The translations under genes were made by a program, and so were the position numbers. The notes below the pieces were generated by a model that saw only the letters and a program-made list of their open reading frames with translations, searched no databases and had not been told where the DNA came from. From Camelus ferus (taxonomy: Eukaryota): DNA of 64,000 nucleotides. The stretch lies in contig NC_045696.1 in assembly GCF_009834535.1 (NCBI RefSeq), positions 115,508,001 through 115,572,000 of the forward strand, in the 5' to 3' direction. This document shows, one piece after another, positions 13,470-26,455 of the stretch; position 1 is the stretch's first letter; every line of letters starts with the position of its first letter.

Positions 13470-14780
13470 TGTCAAATGTAAATGCATAGGAGAGGCAATG
13501 GATCGAAGCTACCTGGGAGTATCTCACCAGAAATGTGAATTTTGACTTACATTTTGGTAAGCAGACAGAGAAGAGAGGGGAGGAGATGGAGAGAATCCAA
13601 GTAGATAACAGAGTTCTGACACCAGCGCCCTGCTCCCGCTGCCCGTGAGGCTGAAACACAAAGCGAATAGGAAAGATGTACTTGGGTCAACTTGGGCCAG
13701 GGTGTCCAGAGCTTTGAACAACTTGCTAAGGAGTTTAGGCTTTAACCCACAAGCAACAGGAGTTGAAGGCGTCGCCAGAGAAATGCTGCAATTCAATCTA
13801 TGTTCCAGAAAGTTAACCCTCGTCAGTGCCAGCTAGTTCCCGTGACAGCTGTGCACATGTTGTAAAAGACATTCCTTTCTTGGATCATGCTCCTTCCATA
13901 CACTGGAAACGTTATCAATTACATGGGTTTTGTTACAACAGAGCACTTTATCATCTGCTGAAAAGTTGTCATAATAAAATGTAAAAAATCTATGACGTCT
14001 GCCATGTAAATGGCCCTTGTAGGGGTGGCTTTTTTTCCTATGAATTATGTATGGCACTGATGTCTCTGGAAGCAGTGTCACATTGACAGCTGTGAGCAGA
14101 AGAGCTAACGCTGAAGTAAGTTAGGAAACTTTACTTTTTTTTTAATAATCCAGATCTGGGAAAGACATGATAAATCGTGGAGGTGATGGATGTTACTAAC
14201 ACACAGACATTCAGTGAGGCATTGTGCAAAGATAAAGCAAGAGAAGGATTTACACATGATTCTAAGAATTGTATCTGAGAAAACTGACTAAAGAGTTTTG
14301 CCTTTAACTGTGGAAGGAAATGCATGAGCAGAAGCAAGTTGACAGGGACTATGGAGAGTTAAATTCTGGACATGTTAAGTGCACAGTCCGTGTGAAACCC
14401 ACAAGCAGTTTCCAGTGTGCATCTAGAACTCAAGAATGGCATGCATGTGATTCCTCAGAGTGTACAGATATGCGAAAATCTGAAAGCAAAGGGAAGAATC
14501 TAGAAATCAGCAGAGAACAAAATCACAAAGTTTAAATAAAAATTTCAGAGGAAAACCAGCTGCAAGTGTTATCATTGTTTCAAACAGGAGGAGAAACATT
14601 CTAGAAGGTGTAAACCTCAAAATAATACCCTCCCACGAGTAAGTCTGATGGCTGAGTTAGGGGATCAGCAGTTACCTTTGTAAGAGCTGTTTGAATGGTG
14701 TGGCAAAGAAAGAATTCAGATTTCTGGAGGTTCAGAAGAGATGAAAGGGGAAGGTTAGAAGACAGTCAGTACATATGAAA
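13470..14780 (-). mobile_element. Fragmented L2 pieces
   Basis: ttgctaaggagtttaggctttaaccc...tcaatctatgttccagaaag; ctggacatgttaagtgcacag; discontinuous. Confidence 0.5.
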
Positions 14781-17700
14781 TACTCAATAAAAGAAGACTG
14801 CATATTTAATAATTACATGCATGCATCGTATATGAAAGACAAGTGAGAAAGAAAAAAGATATTAAATGAACTTTAAAGTTCATAGATCGACAGAAGAATG
14901 TGTAAAGATATATAGTAGTACATGACCAGTTGCCCAATGAGCAGACTGCACAAAAGGTGTTATGAATTTAGATATTATTAGAACTCAACTCACTTTCTTT
15001 ATTGAAGTGTCTTTCACTGTCTTACCAGGCTGTAGGGATCTACAAATTAGAGAAAAGGAAGATCAGACAGCATTTTCTATAGCACTTGAAGATATTTGGA
15101 GGAGACTGAATGAGTGGACCACTTGCTGCAGCTTGACCTTTCTAAGCTACCTCCATCAGAGTGGAATCCAATAGCTCTGCTTCTTCTTAATGACCTTATC
15201 TTGGGTCTGAGGATTAAAGACAAACCTAGAAATCCAATCACTTCTCCTAAAAGGAAAAGCTATTTCTCCACACAGTAATTCTAGAACTGCACGTATTAAA
15301 GTTGAATGTCTTTTTAAAATTTGATGTTGGTTTTCCTCTCCTTCCCTTCTCCTCTTCATCCCCCCATCCACACTACAGTTATGGGGACCAGGGAGCAATT
15401 TGGTGTGTTTGGATTTTCCAAGGCAGTGGTTTTGTTCTGAGGAGAGTTGTGTGAGCACATTTCCCTTCCATGATTAAACAGAACCAGTGTTTCCTCTGAC
15501 CCCCAAGACCACACACTTTCTTTTTTCTGAGATAGAGGGATAAGAAAAATCTTCCACATTGAGCGGCACTCCTGGCTACTCTTCTTTTGTGCACAGGCAA
15601 CAATCTCCCTCTGAATCTCCAAGTGGGCAACTCCATAAATTATTCCCAACAAACAGAGCAGAATCACTTGGAGTTCACACGGGCTCTGATTAGACACAAT
15701 GATACATTCAGAAGGAGCACACTGGAGACCAGATGGCATTTATCATCACCGGCCTATAGAGCACACCTTCAGAGCAAATGACGTTTCTGAATCTTCTAGA
15801 CCATGGAAATATTCTTTCCCCTTCCCTGTTGCTGAAAAGCCCAGCAGGAATACAGAAAAGTCAGAGTATTCAGAGTGGGAATTCCTAAAATTTGATCAGA
15901 CAAGCAGGGTGGGAGAAGTGTTTTATTTTGGTGAGGAGATACCAAGGGGTGAAACTGCAGCTTAAAATTTCCAAAATCTATCGACCTCACTGAAGGTTGC
16001 AGCTGAGACTCACTGAGGTTTGGATTATCTGATTTTAAGTTTCATGAACAAGGGGACGAGGAAATGTATTAATGCGTTAACTATGACATCAAACTCAATA
16101 AATATTAAACATACAAATTGAATATGAGGGTGGACTTGCTGATTTCAGCCTAGACGGTGTTCTTGTCTTGGAAATTCTTAAATGTCTCACAAAGGTAAAC
16201 ACTTTGCAGACTTCCCACACAGTGGGTATATCTGAGATTGGAGGACGAATCTGCCTGGTTGTCTGGTTAGAAGGAACTGAAGTTGTTGAGAGTCTGGAAG
16301 AGGTGTTCATGCTGCTGAGAGGAGGTTTATAAAAATCTGAACTGGGGGAACATTCTTGCTCTTTTTTTTTTTTAACTGATTGCAAATACTTCTATATTTT
16401 AGAAACAGATTAACAAGACAATTTCAAAAATTTACACCAAGCCTAGTCGGTCCAAATATACCAGAAAGCTACTCCATCTGATTCCTACTTTACCTATTAC
16501 TCTGCAGATATTTGGTGTCCGTGGATGTGTGTGGGGGCTAATGGTTTCCTTGCTTTGGTAGTTTCAGATTTTCAGATAGCCTCTCTTCTTAGGACTTCCC
16601 CCAGGCTGCCCCACGCCCTTCCTCCTGGCTGCCTTGGCTTCATTGAGGCTGTTTGCTCAATTGCAGTCCTACAAGAAGTACAAAAAGAAAAGAGAGAGGA
16701 GGGTGGGGAGAAAGACAGAGAGAGGGGGAGAAAGGAAACAAAACTCTCCCTAGGCTGCATGACCTCAGATCTGGAACAAGGTTTGGCAAGGGTAGAATTT
16801 TAAAATGGTCCATTAAGTTGAGCACCAAAGCTTGTGTTTGGGTTTCATTTCTTGTCGTGTGAAATGAACAGATTGGCTGTCTTATTGAGATAAAAGGGGC
16901 AGATCTGAATAAGGACTTTTATGGGCACCGGTGAATAGGTAAGTGGCCTTCCTTTGGGGCTAGAGATAAATCCATTAAGAACCCCCAACTCAAAAAACTA
17001 TGTGACCCAGTTGCTAGTGGGATGGCAGAGAAGCAAGGAAGAACAGACATGACACATCAAAAATCGTGGGTTTTTACTGATGGGTTTTGAGGGGCAATGA
17101 TGCATAGAAAGACAGAACTGTATGTGAGGAAGTGGCTTGGATGATGACTGGGGCTGTTCTCTGAAAAGAGGGTCTAAGATACTGTCGTAGAAAAAAATCA
17201 AAATGAGAGAAAATGTTTTAAATCACAGAACCGCAGCAAAGATGCAGTCTTGGCAATAAACGCTGATCTCCCCCTGCTGACTTCAATGTGGTTGTGCCAG
17301 AGTGAGTCATGTGCATGAATTCATGTAAATTATTTATTGAAATTCTCTTGCCTCCCCTTCAGCCACGCCTTGTCGGAGAAGGAGAGATCCCCAGACCACT
17401 TGACCTTGAACTTGCTGTCAGGAACGTTTTTAAATGACTCATATAACCACGGGTACACATCCCTGCGGGAGCAGCTAGAGCCTCAAAATGCCCCATGTGA
17501 GTAAATGAGGGCGAGCATCTCTCCCTGTGATCGGCGTAGCCTCTCCCCAACTCAGTACCTTGGGGGGCCTTTGCTCTAGAAGACAGGGAGGACCGCATGT
17601 GGGGCGGGTGGTACATCTGTCTGACTGTTGAGACTTTAGCTCAGTTTCCTTTTCATTCCCCTTTTCTGTCTTGTTCTTGCTCTCCCTCGGCTTAGAGCTT

Positions 17701-18378
17701 CACATAAGAGGTGGAGTTGTGACCCATTGATTTTCTCTGTGTATCTCTATCATCGATGCTTCAAACAAACTGTGAAGCTCTTTCTAAATTTTTTTATTAC
17801 TTAGGATCAACATCAACTAATGATGCTCCCCACTAACTGGTATAACACAGAGGAGTTTATGCATTGACAGCCTGAAGGAAGGAAATTCATGAAGACAAAG
17901 AGACACACTTTGAAATTACTTATTGGTCTTTCAAATGTCAGTGTTCCTATTTCAAATGATAAAAAGAATTTGTGAAATTTAGCATTAAGAAGATCTGTAC
18001 TGGGAAATTCCAACAAGCAAAGAACACAAAGAGCAACAACAACCAAATAGAATGAATAATAACGTGGTCCTTTTATTAGTTCAGTAAATCCTGCGCTAGT
18101 TGCAAGTAAACTGTCTTTTCCTTCAAAGCACTGGTCAGTTGTCAATCTCAACTTTGATGGCCATATTAAATTTTTTTTTCCAGTAAATTGCTAGGAGAAA
18201 CATCACACTTGCTCTTGCATATTTACTTGGTTCGAATGTTGCCTTGTGTAAGGTCATTTAGTTTATGTGTCTCCCAATAAAAAAAATCTCAGTACATCCT
18301 GAGACAGCTCTGAGGTTACTCTTCCTCTTATAATGGAAGTGGGCAATGGCATTGTGTCTGCTCCAGGTGTCTCTCCTC

Positions 18379-18437
18379 CTTCCTGTTCACTTTCTATGAG
18401 TCAAAGAATCAGCTTGACTCAGCAACTTGACTTTGCA
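18379..18437. promoter_or_regulatory. Candidate ETS + AP-1 + tandem ARE (NRF2/BACH-sMAF) cluster
   Basis: CTTCCTGTT 18379-18387; TGAGTCA 18397-18403; TGACTCAGCA 18415-18424; TGACTTTGCA 18428-18437. Confidence 0.45.
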
Positions 18438-18499
18438 AGGAGTCAAGGTTAACCATGAAACGTTTCTGTACAATCACAGTATTTAACATTAGAAGCATA

Positions 18500-18582
18500 A
18501 TCCCAGTTGTGGATACTGTACTGGACGGCACAGAATCAGAGCGTTTTCATCATCTCAAAAAGCTCTATGGGCAGCACTGGTC
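18500..18582. mobile_element. MER3-like hAT MITE terminal fragment
   Basis: tactggacggcacagaatcagagcgttttcatcatctcaaaaagctctatgggcagcactg. Confidence 0.55.
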
Positions 18583-18851
18583 TAAGGACTTCCCAGAATA
18601 TTTATTTAAAATATCCATTACAGATTGAGATACTTCCTATTGAAGGTTACTGAGTAAAAGCAAAATGAAGTGTACAGTAGGAAAGGACATCATTTGAAAA
18701 CAGGACATTAAATGTGTCTTGCACAAGAATAAAACAAAGCTTAAAAATGTGGAGCAGTAGTTTTAATGTTTTGAGAAAGCGTACATGTGGAGATAAACAA
18801 TCGGTATCTTTTTTTAAAATTTATAAAATTACATTAAAAGTCACTAGGTGC

Positions 18852-19463
18852 CTTTTTTTTGAAGTATATTTGGGTACAATGTATCAACTTCTGGTGTACA
18901 GCATAATGTTTCAGTCATGCATATATATATATATATACATATATTTGTTTTCATATTCTTTTTCATTAAAGGCTATTATAAGATATTGAATATAGTTCCC
19001 TGTGCTATACAGAAGAAATTTGTTTTTTAGTTTTATATAGAGTGGTTATCATTTGCAAATCTCAAACTCCCAAATTTATCCCTTCCCACCCGCTTTCCAT
19101 AAGATTGTTTACCATATCTGCAAGTCTGTTTCTGTTTTCTAGATGAGTTCATTTAGTGTCCTCTTTTTTGTTTTCTTTTTTTCTAAGATTCCACATATGA
19201 ATGATATCATATGGTATTTTTCTTTCTCTTTCTGGCTGAGTTCACTTAATATGATGATCTCTAGGTCCATCTATGTTGCTGCAAATGGCATTATTTTATT
19301 CTTTTTTATGGCCAAGTAGCATTCCATTGTATAAATATACCACAACTTCTTTATTCAGTCATCTGTCGATGGACATTTAGGTTGTTTCCATGTCTTGGCT
19401 GTTGCATGTAGTGCTGCTATGAACATTGGGGTGCACATATTGTTTCAAATTAGGGTTCCCTCT
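18852..19463 (-). mobile_element. Young lineage L1 3' end
   Basis: High similarity by eye to 50126-50899. Confidence 0.9.
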
Positions 19464-20536
19464 CGAGGTATCAATCTATAGCTCAATTTTTCCTTCGGGG
19501 ATTAGGAGAGCCTTTTCCAAAGCCCCCCTCTTTTTAGGACATTGAATTTTCAAATTATCAAGTATTGGTTTCCTAGTATCATTAGTGACTCTCAAGTCAT
19601 TCTCACTCATTTCAGAGCTAAGAGGGGTGTCCAGAGAGCACATGTCGCTTTCTGGGTCACACAGCTCCATTACCTCCAGCAACGAAACACGTCTCCTGGA
19701 GTCCCAATCCAAACAGCTATTGTCTGATGGACAAGGTATATTCAGGACATCTACTTAAGAATCATTTCTGGGGCATTATCTTACCTAAAAACATTCAAAG
19801 CAGAGCTTTCCAGGACTCAGCGTTCCCTGTCTCCTGTGAAATGGGCAGTTATTTACATGTAAACATTAGAGCCAGATGTAGCTAGGTTTCCTTAGGCAGT
19901 CAGTTCCCCAGAGTCATATACCCAAGGCTGACCCTGAACTGTCTAAATGTTATCCCCTGAAGTTTGCAAGTCTCTCTACACTTTCTCAAGCAACTTGGGA
20001 AATTAAGCCATCTCTTGCAGGTGCATTTTGTTCAGGTAAGAGTCTTTGTAGCTGAAATAGTGTGTTGAATAAGAAAGAAAAATAGATAGTTGCAGAATTC
20101 TTTGTGATATATATTGCCAGAACCAAAGAAAGTACTTCCTATTATTAAGTTAAAGGTTTTATGGGAGGAAAGCAAACTATCAAGCATATAAACCTGCATT
20201 AAATTAGCTCAGCTTCCAAAGAGTCATATCCATGCATGTGTAAGGGAAAATTTGTCCTTGGGGCCTGAATCTGCCAGGCCTTGAGTTCCGGAACTTACTC
20301 TGGACAGTCTTAAGTTTTACATTTCCTTAAGTGGTTGAGTATTGGCTTGGCCAAAGTCTCCCTGCCTGCCTGCCAAGTCTCCCTGTCTGCTACACATCTG
20401 ATGGCTTCCTGCTGGGGCTGCTAACTTTTGCTGTCTGACAAAAGAATTAAAAATAGGACCTCATCAGAGTAAGGCCTAGATAATTAATGTACATTTGACA
20501 TTTCAGTGAGTTTACGCATTAAAAGACATTTGCTTT

Positions 20537-20552
20537 CTTTAAAAAACTTTTT

Positions 20553-20604
<52 letters not shown>

Positions 20605-20721
20605 TTTGCAGGAGGAGGTCATTAGGTTTATTTATTTATTTTTAATGGAGGTACTGGGGATTGAACCCAGGACCTTGGGGTGCTAAGCATGTGCTCTAAC
20701 ACTGAGCTATACCCTCTCTCG
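20537..20721 (-). mobile_element. tRNA-derived SINE (camelid Vic-1-like) with (TAAA)n tail
   Basis: Reverse complement gagggtatagctcagtgttagagcac...cctgggttcaatccccagtacctcc contains Pol III A and B boxes; TSD aaagacatttgcttt 20522-20536 vs aaagatatttacttt 20722-20736. Confidence 0.9.
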
Positions 20722-21439
20722 AAAGATATTTACTTTTAATGTATACTCCTATTCTCAACTTTGCTTGGGGTTTTTTTCAGCTACTCTTTAGAACCTTTTT
20801 GGAATTATCGTTATGTTTCCTCTCCCAGGAGAAATCGAATTCCATGTGCTTTGCTTATCTGGTTTCATGATTCTTTGTCTCTTTTCCTGACTCTCTCATT
20901 GATTCTAAACTGGACCATCACTTTAAGGCCCAATGGTCCATTCAATTTAATACACCTTTTTACTTTCCCCTGAGTAGGGGCAGCTGGCCTTCTGTGCTGG
21001 GGATGGTCAGGGGAGCCACGGAGCAGGAGTCGTCCCTCATAGGAGGCTGGAGATCTGAACTTTAAGAGAAAATCAGATTGCAGGGATAATGTACTTTCTG
21101 AGGAAGGATGGAACCAAACTTAGCACTATTTTTTATTGAAGTCCGACTCTGTTTACCACCTCTTTGGAACAGAATCCAGGTTAAAGGACCCTACAACTCA
21201 AGCCCAAATAAACAAACCCCAAAACTTATGTATATCCATACTCACTCCCTGTAATTCATCTGTAAACATGTGGCTTTCCAAACAAATGTAGATATTTAAA
21301 TCCCTGGGTCCTAAGCATGGGTTTTGAAATATCGCTAATGATCCTCCTTAGTGTCTATTATTTAATCTGGACACATAAGTTTGGAAAATAAGCCTTTCTT
21401 ACAAGTTGTTGGAATATATTTGATAGAACATTTGCTAGG

Positions 21440-21660
21440 GGTAGAGAACGGTTGTTTACAAGGCCAGAATATTGAGTTAGATTGCTTGGATTCTAATCCC
21501 AGCTGTTACTTACCTCTCTGCTTAATTTTCCCATCTGAAAATAGAAATAATAATAGCACATACCTCATAGGATGTTATTAGGATTGAAAAAGAAAATATA
21601 AAGAAAGAACTTAGAAACATTAAATACTTTATCATTATGAAACTCACGATGGTGGTTTAT
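21440..21660 (+). mobile_element. MIR SINE
   Basis: ggattctaatcccagc...ttttcccatctgaaaatagaaataataatagcacatacctcataggatgttattaggatt. Confidence 0.8.
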
Positions 21661-21924
21661 TATGGTAAGTGGGAAGTCTGTCCCAGGCAGCCTTGTCCAA
21701 CAGCCTAAAGTGGCTGATGCAAGTCTTTTTTGTCTTCCTAGGATCACAGAGGCTAAAAGGATGCAGATCCCTGCTAGTGTTGGGTCTGGGAGGTCAGAGA
21801 ACTTGAAGTCCATTTACAACTAATACTTACCTGGCTAAATACAAGAAGGTGAATCAGGTGTTACTACAAGGTCAAACTCAGGAGTGCCTGCAAATCGATT
21901 CTTCTCATTATTCCTTAGGATACA

Positions 21925-23100
21925 ACCGAAGTAGCCAAATCAAAGGCCCGGATAAAAATGGTTTACCAAAAGTCGATGCATTTCTCTCTCCTGTAACCTG
22001 ATCCTAAGTAGTCCAGGTCTGGTATGGCCGTGCTCTCACTACCACAAGCACATTCTAGCTGCCAAAAGAAGAGACAAGGACAAACGGAGGCACTGCTATT
22101 TTCCTTGAGGGCATAAACCGAAGGTCAAGCTCATTGTTTCTATTCAAATGCTTTTGGTCAGAATTTTTAGTCAGAACTCACATGGCCACACCTTTCAGCA
22201 AAGGAGGCTGGGAGATGTCTTAGATGGGAGGTCATATTAAACCCACATCCCCCTTCAAGTATGAGGGTTCTGTTACTAAAGGTAGAAGAGTGGGAGAATG
22301 GAAGAAGACTAGATACGAATGGACAACTAGTACCATCTTCCGCAGTTCACCCTTCTTATATGCATTACGGCTTCTTCAGGAATAGAATGATCCATTCCTC
22401 CCCGGAGTCCATCTAGTTATGTACCTGCAGCTCAAGGTTTAAGACCTTTGGGCTGTACGATGTACTTCCCTTTCATTCTGAGCGTGTCCCTTCATTGCCT
22501 TGCAACCTAAAAACTAAAATGTAAGTGTTTTACTTCAATCTTAATCCCTACTCTACCCGATAGAGATTGATGGAGAATGAAGTGGGCAGAGGCTGTCTCT
22601 AATAAAAACTTTCCTCTCGCGAAGGTTTGGAATGGGGGACACAGAGCAGGTTGCTCTTCATAGCAATTATGACATCTTGCTGGGCAGGGACTGGGAGCAT
22701 TCTCAGTCCTGCCAGTAGATGAAGTTCCTGGTCTAGCACGTTTAGTCCTTGCTGGTTTATTTTGGGGACCATTTTCTTCTATGATTCTAGGTTCTTCCTC
22801 TTGGAAGTTTTTCTTGTATTTTGCACTCCGTGGCCAGCTCTGAAATGGGCACTGGCGAGGATTCCCTTCTTGACACTTACGCAGCCCCAGGGTTGCTGTG
22901 GATGTCAAACAGCCGCAGGCTTTGAAGGTCAGGCTTGTGGCTTCTTAAATACCTTCAGTAACCTGGTAAGCTTCTAGCCTATTTGCTTTTGGTCAATCCT
23001 ACGTGCCAGGAGCACGTCCAAAGGTATCATGTAAGTATATATATATATTTTTATACTTGATAATTTGCTCCTTTATGTCCTAGCCTCAATAGTCTGCCCA
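21925..23100 (-). mobile_element. MLT1 (ERVL-MaLR) LTR (~21925-22345) plus probable MLT1 internal sequence
   Basis: ggtcagaa...cacatggccacacc...gcaaaggaggctgggagatgt; gagggttctgttactaaagg...ggacaactag. Confidence 0.6.
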
Positions 23101-23174
23101 TCTCCATCCTTTTCAACTTACTGGAGAATCAGTGGCATCCTACTGAAATAATGGATGGCGTCTTTCATTGGATT

Positions 23175-23640
23175 ATGGAGAAGTAGAGCCTCAGACAAGT
23201 GCTCATGCAACAATGATTCATTAGTAAGTGTGATCAAGGAAAACCGATAAAGGAGTAGGGAAGTGGGACAGGATGTTAAGGATGGCAAGCAATGCCAGGG
23301 GAGGATGTCATTGTCTCAGCTGCCCAGGGGACCCTGGAGATGGGATAGTGGTGGAAGTCATACCTTTCAAGTTCTAATTAAATAACAAGGGAGCCAGGGT
23401 ATGTACACTTTTGCACCCACTAGTCATCATCGTTTTGGGGCTGCCCCAGGTTAAATGAAGGAATTTCTGGGTCTCTCTCAGTTTGAGCCAACGCAGTTCC
23501 AGCAGCACAAAGGCAGCCTGTCAAAAAAGAGGTGCTGGCGTTGGCTCTGGGGAGAGGAAGCAGTCCTGGGGCTGGTGCGTACTAAAACCTCAAAGGGATC
23601 ACGGTGAATCCTGGCAGAGGACTGCACTGCCTGCTTGGGA
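23175..23640. mobile_element. ERVL-type LTR (LTR33/LTR16-like)
   Basis: agaagtagagcctcagacaag...tgattcattagtaagtgtgatc...ggagtagggaagtgggacagg. Confidence 0.45.
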
Positions 23641-23829
23641 TAGGGAGGCAAAATCCTGAATCTGATAGCTAACTCGGTGGGAGGGAGTGGGCAGAGGCAT
23701 AGTCTTGCATGCTATGTGCACTGCCTTTGCACCTCTTATAACCAGAACAAATTAAATTCTTGTCTCAAATCCCGAGTGCCCCACCCACACGGCACCACAG
23801 ATACACTTGTTTATCTTCCAGAGTTTTTT

Positions 23830-24990
23830 AAAATGCCCATTCAACCATAGAGGCATAAATTTCTATTTTTCTTCATTTCATACATGATGTGTGGCTTGCC
23901 ATTTTCATCCACTTACCCCGTACTTTTATCACTTAATGTTATACCTTTAAGTTCTTTCCATAAAACGACATGGACGGATTCCTCACTTTTTATTAATTCA
24001 CGGATCATAATTCCATTGTGTATTTAATCTGACTCCAATTAATAGAACATTTAGGTTATTTTTACCCCTTGCTGTTACACAAAGTACTGCGTAAGTATAC
24101 TTGTACATATATTACACACACAATTTTGCACCTACGTCAATATATCTGTAGAATAATTCTCTAGGTATGTGATCTTTGGGCAGAGGGAATAAGCTTCTGA
24201 AATGTCAGATTGCCTTCTACAAGGGGTGGTATGAATTTACTCCCCCACTAGGTGTGTCCGAGAGTCCTTTTTCCCGCAGCTTACCACCAAAGTGAACTGT
24301 GAAACTTTTGGATTTCTACCAATTCCATAAGTGAAAATGGTATCAGTGTATCGATCATCTATTTCTATGTGCTGCCCCCCCAAAAATGCTGACTTGAAAT
24401 AACCACAATTTCTTACAGCTTATCATTCTGTGGGTTGGCTGGGCAGTTCTTCTGGTTTTTTCTGGGTTTCCTTATTGGGCTACATTCAGCTGGAAGGCTG
24501 CTGGGACTGGATCTGCTGGGACAGCCCGGAGAGCTGGCCGTGTCTCTCCCTGTGGTCCTTCATTCCCAAGAAAGCCACACTGGGCATTCTCACAGGGTGG
24601 CAGCAACATTCCAGGAGGTCATTCCAAACGTGCCTCACATTTCCTGATGTCCTAATGGCAAGGTGACTCACATGACCCAGCCCAGGGTCCCCAATGAGGG
24701 AACCTCGCAAGATCATTACCATCTGGAGGCGTGATTCATTTCAGGGGCAGTTGTGGTCAGTCTACCAAATTTAATGTGGTTTAGATGTGCATTTCTCTTA
24801 TTACAAATGAGTTTGAACATCTTTTCACATGTTTAACAGCATTTTCCCCTTGTCCACTAAATGTCTAATACATCTTTAGCCAATCTTAATTCTCCATAGT
24901 TTTATTGGTCTTTTTCTTCCAGATTTTCAGGAATTTCTATATAATAGATTGATTGCTTTTTTATGGTGTGAATTAGAGATATTTTACCTT
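23830..24990 (-). mobile_element. L1ME-like fragment split by an MLT1 LTR (~24345-24770)
   Basis: L1 text ...gtgaaaatggtatc stops, then resumes tttaatgtggtttagatgtgcatttctctt after MLT1 sequence (ctgtgggttggctgggcagttct). Confidence 0.7.
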
Positions 24991-25904
24991 TTTCAAAAAC
25001 ACGATTGCTTTAAAAATGATCAATGGTGATATTGTAGTGGTGGGTCTTCTTTGTTTTGTGTAAGCATTGCTACTTATTTTTGCTTTTCGAGAAATTTTAT
25101 GTGATGCTACAGCAGAACCTCTTTTTTATTACTAATCATGGCAATTAATTAGATTTTTCCAAACTAATTTTTTTTCAGACTTTTCTGTCATATATGGTTT
25201 CAATTTTTAATGGATCCATGATGCTGCTGTTCTGGTTAATATTCTTTATCTATGTTAGCATGGTAGTCTTTTCTACATTTTTAAAGAGCATCTTTGTACG
25301 GTGCCAGCCCTCCTACTAGTTGCTGAATGCGGTTGATTTTCATGGAGTCATTATTTGTCGGATTTCCGGGCGTGTGGGGAGACGGCAGGGAGGTTCCCAG
25401 GATAGCCATCCTGGCGACACCACTGACTCAGACTGCTTCCCGCATAGATGGCTTCTCTGCGCGATTCGTTGAATCCTTTCGGTAAATTAAAAAATACGTC
25501 ATTTGCGTTTCAAAACAACATTTCCCCCAAAGGAAATGTGTTTCTTTGGTACTTTCCGAGATGTACTCTTGCTGGATCCTTCTGCTCATACTGTGCTTTG
25601 TCTCTCCACCCATTCCTGGGTAACTGACTACTTTCTCAGCTGCCGTTGGAAGCCTCCACACCTCGTATCCGCTCCGAGTTTCACTGAAATGAAGTTTATG
25701 GGTATTCTTCTGTCATCCCTCTTTTTGCATGGATTGAGTTTCAGTCTTATGTTTGTTGCTAGAAATATAATAGAAGTTTTAGTCTTATGGAAAATAATTT
25801 CGGAAAAACTCTTACTATATAAGTAAGCTGCAACCATATTTCTGCAAAATTAAACAGGGAAGACTCGCAAAGATAGTTCTGAAAGAGTATGAATTGAGAA
25901 ACGT

Positions 25905-26120
25905 CTAGAGAGAAAAGGATTTTGGAATCCAACAGGCGTGGGTTCAGACGGACGCTTATCTAAGCCCGGGCTGATTTATCAGATGCAAATTATTGCAAAA
26001 TTCTCGGCTTTTACAGTTTCCTCATCTGTAAAGTAATACTCATAACGTTTCTTCAGTGCGTTCTTAGGAGGATTGAACACAATGTATTTTTAATGGATTA
26101 TTCTCGGTAGGTGTCAGTTC
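25905..26120 (+). mobile_element. MIR SINE
   Basis: cagtttcctcatctgtaaagtaatac core. Confidence 0.7.
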
Positions 26121-26341
26121 TCTTTCCTATCCCATGTTAAAAATAATGATTTGATATTGGCATAGTAGTAGAACAATGGCTGGGAATAAATAGCTTTAAA
26201 ATCACTGAATATATAGAAAAATGGACAAAGAAGTTTCTCCAAATTTGCAGAGTAAAGTACTTCTATCTAAATAGTTGGAAAATGCTTATGCATTTTGAAA
26301 AATGGTAAACTTTACCTCTCACTTAAAATCAAAAGACATGA

Positions 26342-26455
26342 TCGTGGTTGATGGCTTCATTCTGTGTCCACTTGTCTAGGCTAGGTGAACAGCTGACTGG
26401 TCAAATGGTGCCTAGATGCTGCTATGAAGGTATTTTTAGATGCAATTAACATTTT
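26342..26455 (+). mobile_element. MLT2 (ERVL) LTR 5' part; target of the L1 insertion
   Basis: attctgtgtccacttgtctaggcta...ctagatgctgctatgaaggtatttttagatgcaattaacattt. Confidence 0.7.

Noticed and set aside
15699..15965. 88-aa ORF with protein-like composition
   Set aside because: No recognisable domain and no in-frame splice support; it overlaps equally long ORFs in other frames.
16095..16385. Minus-strand ORF with an MNTSS...NQT segment resembling a GPCR N-terminus
   Set aside because: No transmembrane helices follow and the frame stops quickly.
20645..20721. tRNA-like sequence
   Set aside because: It is the head of a SINE with a tail and TSD, not a tRNA gene.
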